Shown: piece by piece, positions 27,659 through 35,312 of the stretch | Layout of the letters: every line of letters starts with the position of its first letter | Numbering within the stretch: the first letter of the stretch is position 1 | Assembly (NCBI GenBank): GCA_963797095.1 | Contig: CAWCNY010000005.1 | Coordinates: 512,001-576,000 of the forward strand | Source of the DNA: an uncultured Chloroflexia bacterium | Lineage (GTDB): Bacteria; Chloroflexota; Chloroflexia; QHBQ01; JADMIH01 | Reading direction: 5' to 3' | DNA length: 64,000 bases | Position numbers and translations under genes: made by a program | Notes under the pieces: generated by a model | Seen by the model: only the letters and a program-made list of their open reading frames with translations | Databases searched by the model: none | Told to the model about the DNA's origin: nothing

Positions 27659-29191
27659 ATGGAGCAAGCACAAAGCGAGCTAACACCCCTTGAATTACTT
27701 CTGAAGGGCGCGCTGGACTCGGCTGCTATCCCCCTCGGCACCCCACCTACCTCACACCCATTCTGGGAAGGCGAGGAAGACGCCCCTGATTACAACAACC
27801 TGTTGGCGTGCATCAGGTGCGGGGCATGCCTTCCGGTCTGCCCAACCTTCAACACCGACCTCCTGGAAGTGCAATCCCCACGCGGGCGCGTACAGCTAAT
27901 GCGCCAGGTGGAAGAAGGACTCCTTGCTCCCTCCGACAACTTTCTCGACCATATGTACCACTGCCTCGACTGTCGGGCCTGCCAGAGCGCATGCCCGACG
28001 GGAGTGCGCATAGGCGAGCAGGTGCTGCGTGCCCGCGTACAGAGCGAACGGACGAAGAAACAGCCGTTGATCAAGAAGATCGGCCTAGACTTTGCCCTCG
28101 GCGACCAGCGCCGCCTCGAATGGCTTATGCTGCCGGTGGCGCTCTACCAGCGCAGCGGCCTGCAAGCCCTGGTACGGCGCACGCGCATCCTCCGCCGCCT
28201 GCCCAAGCGGCTGCGCCTGCTCGCTTTCATGGAAGAGCTTCTGCCTGAGCGTATCCCTTTGCGGTCGCTACGCAAGCGGATTTCCACGGTCGTCCCGGCC
28301 CAGGGGAAGCGACGCTATCGCGTGGGCTTCTTCCTCGGCTGTGTGATGAGCACGGTCTTCGCCGAGACCTCCCAGGCCACGGTGCGGGTGCTATCCGAAA
28401 ACGGCTGCGAAGTGGTCACCCCCAAGACCCAGAAATGCTGCGGCGCTCCCCATGCTGAGGAAGGCGATTTCGAGTCGGTCAAGCAATTCGCCCGCGCCAA
28501 CATCGCGCTCTTCGAGCGCTACAAAGTGGACTATATCATCTGCGATTGCGCCGCCTGCGGTGCCCAAACCAAAGAGTACGCCGAACTTCTTCACGACGAC
28601 CCCCAATGGGCCAAACGAGCCCACGCCTTCAGCGCTAAAGTGCGCGACATTATGGAATTTCTCGGCGAAATCCCGTTGAACGCCCCACGCGCAACCCTGG
28701 AACAGCGCGTGTCGTACCACGAAGCCTGCCACCTCTGCCACGCCCAGAAAGTGCGCGAGCAGCCGCGCAACGTGCTCCAATCGATCCCAGGGGTGCAACT
28801 GGAACCCCTCAAAGAGAGCGATATGTGTTGTGGGAGCGCAGGTATTTACAACCTAACGCACAATGACCGATCCATGCTCATCCTCGACCGCAAGATGGCA
28901 AACATCGAATCAACGGAGGCCGATGTCGTGCTTACCGGCAACCCCGGCTGCCTACTGCAACTGGACTATGGACGCCGCAACGCCCGCTCCCGCAAGCCTG
29001 TGCTCCACCCCGTCCAGCTACTGGATGCTTCTTACAGAGCCGCCCGCCTGCAAACCAACACTCCCGCCAACTTCGAGGGAGTAGACTCCGGCCACAATCT
29101 GCGCACGCGCAAAGGGCATGTCACAGCAATAGCCGCCGATGGACGCACGCGGGTTGTGCTTACGCACATGCGACGAAGGACGAAGGACTAA
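27659..29191 (+). CDS. glcF: Fe-S oxidoreductase, glycolate oxidase iron-sulfur subunit-like
   Basis: CIRCGACLPVCPT, SPRGR, CLDCRACQSACP, FFLGCV, QKCCGA, YHEACHLCHAQ, MCCGSAGIYN, GNPGCLLQ. Confidence 0.85.
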   Translation: MEQAQSELTPLELLLKGALDSAAIPLGTPPTSHPFWEGEEDAPDYNNLLACIRCGACLPVCPTFNTDLLEVQSPRGRVQLMRQVEEGLLAPSDNFLDHMYHCLDCRACQSACPTGVRIGEQVLRARVQSERTKKQPLIKKIGLDFALGDQRRLEWLMLPVALYQRSGLQALVRRTRILRRLPKRLRLLAFMEELLPERIPLRSLRKRISTVVPAQGKRRYRVGFFLGCVMSTVFAETSQATVRVLSENGCEVVTPKTQKCCGAPHAEEGDFESVKQFARANIALFERYKVDYIICDCAACGAQTKEYAELLHDDPQWAKRAHAFSAKVRDIMEFLGEIPLNAPRATLEQRVSYHEACHLCHAQKVREQPRNVLQSIPGVQLEPLKESDMCCGSAGIYNLTHNDRSMLILDRKMANIESTEADVVLTGNPGCLLQLDYGRRNARSRKPVLHPVQLLDASYRAARLQTNTPANFEGVDSGHNLRTRKGHVTAIAADGRTRVVLTHMRRRTKD

Positions 29192-29254
29192 AGTTAGGAG
29201 ACACTTAGTCAGACGAACGCCTTTCCATCCTTCGTCTCCTGGAAGGAATCAATT

Positions 29255-30073
29255 GTGATAAAACGCTTTTTCGGCAGGCGTGCCAAAGCTGTCGATCCCA
29301 AACCTGTCATTCCTGGTGGAAAGGATGGAAGCCACGGCGACCATTGGGGGTGCGTGCTCCGCTCGGTCCAGGAAAAAGAGCTCATTCCATTTCTTGCCGA
29401 TATCACGCGCAAGGATAATCACCCTTATACCTACGAGTTCGGCCCCGGTTTCTCGCACAAAGGACTTGCCTTCTACTCCGAACCGGGCGCGGTACGCGCC
29501 TGCGTGCTGGTGGTGAACAACACCCTTGCCACCGCTTATCCCGAGGTGCAGGATGGGCCTGTGTGGCCCATAACGATCACCGACATCATCCCCTGGATAA
29601 ACGGCATCGAAGGCCAGATCACCGGCTCGTGTCATGGCGCGGCAGTCAGCTTCTTTGACACCCGTTTCTATGCCAGCCAGCGCCGCTACGACGTAGGTAA
29701 GACCTATAACTTTCACATGGGCGCACTCGGGTATACGGTAGGCCCAGCCCCCGACACTGAGTTCGAATCCGGCATGGGCGCCAAAGTCTCAATGCAAGGC
29801 GCTCACGCCTATATACCCGCCAACCTCGACAACGACCAGGCCGACATCGACGATATCTGGTTCCACAGCCCCCTCGAAGACGAAAAAGGGAGCGCTTACC
29901 TGATTGGACCGCCCATCTACTCCTATCCCATAATTATGGGCATCCCCGAAGACTTCGAGCTAAAGGTCGACGTATACGCAGGCCAGCACGTACTCGCGCC
30001 CGAAATGCGCGATATCAAGCCCGGCGATGATTTGCAAGGCTATCTCTGGCTCCAGGGCTATCTTGCTCCATGA
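29255..30073 (+). CDS. Hypothetical protein
   Basis: 272-aa ORF with typical codon usage, translationally coupled (ATGA) to the next gene. Confidence 0.75.
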   Translation: MIKRFFGRRAKAVDPKPVIPGGKDGSHGDHWGCVLRSVQEKELIPFLADITRKDNHPYTYEFGPGFSHKGLAFYSEPGAVRACVLVVNNTLATAYPEVQDGPVWPITITDIIPWINGIEGQITGSCHGAAVSFFDTRFYASQRRYDVGKTYNFHMGALGYTVGPAPDTEFESGMGAKVSMQGAHAYIPANLDNDQADIDDIWFHSPLEDEKGSAYLIGPPIYSYPIIMGIPEDFELKVDVYAGQHVLAPEMRDIKPGDDLQGYLWLQGYLAP

Positions 30074-30654
30074 CACCCGACATCCCGACCCAACCATACG
30101 ACGAACTCAACCCTCCGTTCGAGCCTGACGTGGAGTGGAGACGCGCCGCCGTCCTCATCCTTCTTTACCCCAAAGCGGGAGAGGATTATGTGGTCTTTAT
30201 GAGGCGCACTGAAACCGTGGCTCATCACAAAGGCCAGATATCATTCCCAGGCGGCAGCCAGGACCCCGAGGACTCGGACATCGTGGCTACGGCCCTCCGC
30301 GAAGCCCACGAAGAACTGGGCATCGATCCTGAGGTGGTGCAGGTGCTTGGGGTGATGCCAGATTTCTACACCCGTGTCAGCAACTTCATAATCACCCCCG
30401 TGATAGGTCGCCTCAAACCGGAAGCACCGGAAGCGAATGAACACGAGCTGATCTTCCATCCAAGCCTAGACGAGGTGGCAGAAGTAATCGAGGTGCCGCT
30501 CCGCGCCCTCAAAGATCCAACCATCTACCACACCGAACAGCGCACTCGTAACGGCATCATTTACAACCTTCACTTCTACAACTACGGCCCCTACGAAATC
30601 TGGGGAGCCACAGGCCGCATCATCAGGGAGTTTCTCAAGAGTACTGAGTACTGA
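30070..30654 (+). CDS. Nudix CoA pyrophosphatase (NudL-like)
   Basis: AAVLILL, R...HKGQISFPGG, TALREAHEELG, IWGATG. Confidence 0.9.
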   Translation: MTPDIPTQPYDELNPPFEPDVEWRRAAVLILLYPKAGEDYVVFMRRTETVAHHKGQISFPGGSQDPEDSDIVATALREAHEELGIDPEVVQVLGVMPDFYTRVSNFIITPVIGRLKPEAPEANEHELIFHPSLDEVAEVIEVPLRALKDPTIYHTEQRTRNGIIYNLHFYNYGPYEIWGATGRIIREFLKSTEY

Positions 30655-30740
30655 GTACTGAGTACTGAGTACTCGGTACTGAGAACCGAGCGCCGAGTAG
30701 GTCTGAATCACTCGGTATCCGGTGCTTGTCACTCGTCACC
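30639..30740. repeat. Heptamer repeat (gagtact)x5 with a degenerate inverted arm
   Basis: Perfect units at 30639-30673 supply the Nudix stop codon; cactcggt..cactcgt arm follows. Confidence 0.85.
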
Positions 30741-30744
30741 AACC

Positions 30745-31278
30745 ATGCCCAACGGCCCGACCCACGATTTCATAACCGTCGTTTCAGCAGCAGCTATAAC
30801 ACCGCTGGCGCTCAACAGCGCCTTGCCCGACAGCAACCCTACCAACACCGTAGTCCTCATTGGGTCTTATCTGGCATCCGGGCTTCTTTTCAGCCCCGAC
30901 CTCGACTTACGCTCGGTGCCCTACAGGCGTTGGCGCATGCTGCGCTTCATCTGGATCCCCTACCAGAAACTCGTCCCGCACAGAAGCTGGATATCACATA
31001 GCTTCTTCTTCGGCCCTTTGCTGCGCGTCCTCTACTTCGCAGCGATCATGTGTCTGCTCACATTTCTTGTACTGGCAATCATCAATGCGCTCGTACCTAT
31101 CGACCCGACGGGCATTTTTCTCAATACAGCCACCCAGATCAGCGCCTGGATGCAAGCCCATCCCTGGGTAATCGCCTACGCGGCGGCGGGCTTCATCCTG
31201 GGCGGAGCCAGCCACACCCTGGCTGACTCGATTTGGTCGTGGATCAAGCGCAAGCTTCGCATCATAACGCGCTTTTGA
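30745..31278 (+). CDS. DUF2227 family metal-binding membrane protein
   Basis: MPNGPTHD, FSPDLD, W.PY...PHRSWISH, SHTLAD. Confidence 0.85.
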   Translation: MPNGPTHDFITVVSAAAITPLALNSALPDSNPTNTVVLIGSYLASGLLFSPDLDLRSVPYRRWRMLRFIWIPYQKLVPHRSWISHSFFFGPLLRVLYFAAIMCLLTFLVLAIINALVPIDPTGIFLNTATQISAWMQAHPWVIAYAAAGFILGGASHTLADSIWSWIKRKLRIITRF

Positions 31279-31621
31279 TCTGCCGCCTCCTTACCCAAAG
31301 GTCCTATCTTGCCATGGGGAGTTCGTGTTAGTACGATGGTCCCTTTTCGGGATGGTACTGTGTTAGTACCACTACCTCTAAGAGCGCCGAATATTCTACC
31401 CATTAGGCTGTTGTGCGTGTCTTATCTTCTAGGTACGATAGTAAGGGCAATGAGCGTGCCGCAGCTAACTTCGTCACTCCTCCAATCGATCTACTTACCA
31501 AATATCCGCTCCTGCCCTTACATTTACACACTGATATGGGAGTCCGATTGAGACTGACAGACTCCTACCCTGATCCGGAAGATTCCATTATGGGCGCAAC
31601 AGGAGAACCGGCTTGGAGCTA

Positions 31622-33199
31622 ATGAAGAGCTATATCGCACCGTCAACCAGAAGCCGATTATCTAGAACAGTGCGCGCGCTACTGACACTGGCGCTGGCAC
31701 TATCTATCCTCGTCACAGCACCTGCTACGGTAACGCAGCCGCAGGCTGTCGTACACCCACAACTCCTGGAAGCTGCCGCCAAAGATCCTGGGCAGATGGT
31801 CCAGGTCATAGTGCAGAAATCGGCGAGGACCGACACCCCTGACAACCTCGTCCGATCGCTGGGCGGAACCATCACCCAGCAGCTCGATATCATCAATGCC
31901 TTCGCGGCGCAGATGCCCGCCGGGGCAATCGCCAGGGTCGCTGACGGGGGCAGTGTCCGTGCCATCACACCCGATGCTCCCGTCCAGGAGAGTGGAACAA
32001 CCACTACCGGTTGCTCACAATGCATGCCGACAAATGTACTTATGCAGGTTTACCCCGGTGCGGTTGGCGCAACCAGGGTCTGGAACACTGCGCCCTACCT
32101 GCAAGGGCAGGGAGTAACAGTCGCAGTGGTGGACAGCGGTATAAATGCCAACCATTACGACCTGCAGACGCCTAATGGCTCAAGCCGCGTCGTCGCCCAA
32201 GTCGAGTACAGCGCATCGGCCAACACCAACGACGGCTACGGCCACGGCACGCATGTAGCGGGCATCATCGGCGGCAACGGATCCAGTTCCAACGGCGGGT
32301 ATATTGGCATCGCCCCCAAAGTAAGTCTTGTGAACGTCAAAGTCGGTGACGATGCGGGTAATATCCTGGAGTCGGATGTAGTCGCTGGGCTTGAGTGGAT
32401 ATACAACCACCACGACACCTATAACATAAGGGTGGTCAATCTCTCGCTCACCAGTTCTACTCTCCTCCCCTATCTCCTCAGTCCCCTCGATGCGGCTGCT
32501 GAAATTCTCTGGTTCAATCGCATTGTGGTGGTGGCCGCCGTGGGCAACACCAACCTGGCCGCTCTTTATCCACCCGGCAACGATCCTTTCGTGATCACGG
32601 TTGGCGCGGTAGACGACCACGGCACGCCCTCTTTGGCCGACGACGAAGTAGCATCCTATTCGGCATGGGGGCCGGTGCTGGGTAGTCCAAACCTGCTCAA
32701 GCCCGACCTGGTAGCCCCCGGCACGAATATCATCAGCACCCTCGCAAGCACAAACGCGGTCATTTACCGCGATCATCCGGCCAATCGAGTCAACACTGAC
32801 TACTTCAGAATGTCGGGCACCTCGATGGCAACGCCAGTAGTGGCCGGGGCGGTGGCGATACTGCTACAAGACGAGCCGAACCTGAACCCAGACCAGGTAA
32901 AGTATCGCCTTAAGTCGACAGCAAACCACAATATCTTCCAGTGGCACTACAACCTACTCAAGGCAGGCTCCGGTTACCTCGACATCTATGCTGCCGTGCA
33001 CGGCACAAGCACTCAAACCGCCAATACAGGCCAGATAGCGAGCCTTCTCCTATGGACCGGCCTTACGCCGCCGCTGTGGGGGTCCCATACCTGGGACTCG
33101 GTCAATTGGAGCTCGGTCAATTGGAGCTCGGTCAATTGGAGCTCGGTCAATTGGAGCAATGGAAGCTGGGGTGGTGACGAGTGGAACGTCCTGCGGTAG
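31622..33199 (+). CDS. Secreted S8 subtilisin-like serine protease (AprX-like) with C-terminal (WSSVN) repeats
   Basis: VAVVDSG, GHGTHVAG, VVAAVGN, KPDLVAPG, SGTSMATP; N-terminal signal/TM. Confidence 0.93.
   Translation: MKSYIAPSTRSRLSRTVRALLTLALALSILVTAPATVTQPQAVVHPQLLEAAAKDPGQMVQVIVQKSARTDTPDNLVRSLGGTITQQLDIINAFAAQMPAGAIARVADGGSVRAITPDAPVQESGTTTTGCSQCMPTNVLMQVYPGAVGATRVWNTAPYLQGQGVTVAVVDSGINANHYDLQTPNGSSRVVAQVEYSASANTNDGYGHGTHVAGIIGGNGSSSNGGYIGIAPKVSLVNVKVGDDAGNILESDVVAGLEWIYNHHDTYNIRVVNLSLTSSTLLPYLLSPLDAAAEILWFNRIVVVAAVGNTNLAALYPPGNDPFVITVGAVDDHGTPSLADDEVASYSAWGPVLGSPNLLKPDLVAPGTNIISTLASTNAVIYRDHPANRVNTDYFRMSGTSMATPVVAGAVAILLQDEPNLNPDQVKYRLKSTANHNIFQWHYNLLKAGSGYLDIYAAVHGTSTQTANTGQIASLLLWTGLTPPLWGSHTWDSVNWSSVNWSSVNWSSVNWSNGSWGGDEWNVLR
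33097..33156 (+). repeat. Coding 15-bp tandem repeat (ctcggtcaattggag)x4
   Basis: Four identical nucleotide copies encoding SVNWS. Confidence 0.9.
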
Positions 33200-33220
33200 C
33201 AAAGAGAGCTTGAGAGAGAC

Positions 33221-33246
33221 AAGGGACGGCCCAGCCGTCCCTTTTG
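33221..33246 (+). terminator. Intrinsic terminator
   Basis: aagggacggc-cca-gccgtccctttt. Confidence 0.8.
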
Positions 33247-33333
33247 CTGGTTTAGAAGTGCGGGCCAGGCGTGCGAATATGTATATCGTATTTGAAAGGG
33301 CTCTTGATGGTGCACTTGTAGTAAAATGGGCAT

Positions 33334-33936
33334 ATGGCCGCGGACCTATCAGCACTGGAACCCTTCACCTACGAGCAAAGATTTAGTGGTCTTTCCCTGG
33401 TAAGGAAGACGATTGCCGGGAAGGAGTTCGATACTTGCATATTCGTGGGGTGCAGCTTCGTTGAGTGCATCTTTGACGAATGCAAATTCCTGGATTGCAC
33501 ATTTGACGAGTGCATGATAAGCACGGCACAGCTCACGAACAGCTCCTTTGTCAATGTGCGATTTGTCGGGTGCAAGGTGATCGGTGTGGACTGGACACTG
33601 GCTTCCGTGTTGAGCGAATTGAGTTTTGATGGGTGCGTGTTGAACTTTTCCACGTTCAACTCTTTGAAGCTGAAGAAGCTCGTGTTGAAACGGTGTGAGT
33701 GCAAGGAAGCCGACTTCATCGAAACAGACCTAACCGATAGCGATTTCGAAGGGACTGATCTTGAGCGGTCGCGCTTCCAGAGAGCTAATTTGACCAGAGC
33801 CAACTTCAGAGGAGCGCAAAGGTACGATATCGATCTTCAGCAGAACAATGTGAAGGGCGCGAAGTTCTCGATGCCGGAGGTGCTTTCCTTGCTGAGGGTT
33901 TTCGGCATCGTACTTGTTGATTCGCCTGGTGAGTAG
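33334..33936 (+). CDS. Pentapeptide repeat protein
   Basis: Repeated [CSA]xFxx pentapeptides (CIFVG CSFVE CIFDE CKFLD...ADFIE TDLTD SDFEG). Confidence 0.9.
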   Translation: MAADLSALEPFTYEQRFSGLSLVRKTIAGKEFDTCIFVGCSFVECIFDECKFLDCTFDECMISTAQLTNSSFVNVRFVGCKVIGVDWTLASVLSELSFDGCVLNFSTFNSLKLKKLVLKRCECKEADFIETDLTDSDFEGTDLERSRFQRANLTRANFRGAQRYDIDLQQNNVKGAKFSMPEVLSLLRVFGIVLVDSPGE

Positions 33937-34040
33937 AGCGGGGCAGTTTGGGCGATGAAGGGACGGGCTGTAGACGTGGACATTAAGGGTGTGGTCTGGA
34001 CACGATTGCGGATTAGCACCAGCGCCAGGTAGTCACCAGA

Positions 34041-34706
34041 ATGCCTAATCAACTATCCAATTATCATAAGTGGGATGTGACCCCAGAAGAAGCCATAGCG
34101 ATACAAATTTCGCTGGCCGCACGCGCATCACTTACTCCCGACCTGAGGGATGTCCACTATGTTGCGGGCGTCGATAACAGCGCCACTGGAGTGGCCCGTT
34201 GTGCCATTGTGGTGCTCACCTACCCAGACCTGGAAACTGTCGAAATCGCCAGGGCCGAGAAGCCGCTGGTCTTCCCCTACGTCCCCGGCCTGCTCTCATT
34301 CCGCGAAGGTCCTGCAATCCTCGCAGCCTTCGATAAGCTTCAACACTGGCCCGACCTCGTCTTCTTCGACGGGCAGGGCATCTCTCACCCGCGCAGGCTG
34401 GGCATAGCCTCGCACATTGGTGTTCTCCTCGACCTCCCCACAATAGGCGTCGCGAAATCGCCTCTGTTCGTGCGTGGCGAGCAGCCCCCGCTCGAACCGG
34501 GCACCTGGACGCCCTGGCACGACCGCAAAGGCGATGTCCTGGCTGCCGCCCTTCGCAGCAAACGCAACTCCAAGCCTCTCTTTATCTCCGCAGGCCACAA
34601 GATGGACCTTCCCATGGCACTCCAATACGTACAAGCTACCCTCAAAGGCTACCGTCTCCCAGAACCAACGAGGCAAGCCCACAACGCCGCTGCGAACCGT
34701 GAGTAG
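34041..34706 (+). CDS. nfi: Endonuclease V
   Basis: VAGVD, FPYVPGLLSFRE, FDGQGISHPRRLGIASH, IGVAKS, YRLPEPTRQAH. Confidence 0.95.
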   Translation: MPNQLSNYHKWDVTPEEAIAIQISLAARASLTPDLRDVHYVAGVDNSATGVARCAIVVLTYPDLETVEIARAEKPLVFPYVPGLLSFREGPAILAAFDKLQHWPDLVFFDGQGISHPRRLGIASHIGVLLDLPTIGVAKSPLFVRGEQPPLEPGTWTPWHDRKGDVLAAALRSKRNSKPLFISAGHKMDLPMALQYVQATLKGYRLPEPTRQAHNAAANRE

Positions 34707-34895
34707 TTCATAAAGTAAGCGGCAAGCAATACGCAATATGCAGTAATTGCGCCCCTTCAACGGCTTGGCAGCAGATGAAAAATGAACCATTTAGGCACTT
34801 TTGTTGTGTTAAGTAGTGCAGAGGCGAAATGCACCCTGCACACCCCCTCAGGAAATGTGACCGATGTTGCAGGCTGTGCTTTTTTGCACAAGTAC

Positions 34896-34924
34896 TTGCC
34901 AATCGCCTCACTTTGTGGTACTAT
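34896..34924 (+). promoter_or_regulatory. Sigma70-type promoter of the oppA-like gene
   Basis: TTGCCA-N17-TACTAT with TG extension, ~390 nt upstream of the ATG. Confidence 0.65.
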
Positions 34925-35312
34925 GCCGGATAAGTGTGCCCGGTATATGCTCTGGAAGTTATCCGGTCGCATCCTGAAAATTCAATATCGCTTTGGATTA
35001 GTGCAAATCTTTGGAAGGGAGGTGGTAAGGACCTCAGGCAGGCGTAGACTGGGCAAGTTTACGCATGACGCATCACCCACTTATAACAAGTGACGCGTAG
35101 CCGTGAGGCATGAGGAACAGATAGACCCCAGGTAACATGAATTTGCAACCATGTTGCTTTTTGCAAACCGCCAGCGATCCATTGCCCACGGCACTTTGAT
35201 AGCGCACCAACTGTGTTATTAAGGAGCCGAGAGTCGCGAGCAACCTTTTCCGTGTGAGGATTTTAGCCTTTAGATTACCTTTTGGTTATACCAACAAAGG
35301 TAGGAGGAAAGA

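Noticed and set aside
29758-29775. GTTCGAATCC T-loop-like motif (tRNA?)
   Set aside because: It lies inside a CDS with no acceptor, D or anticodon stems around it.
33334-33936. Calling the pentapeptide protein a Qnr/MfpA resistance gene
   Set aside because: Only the generic repeat is visible; family assignment needs an HMM search.
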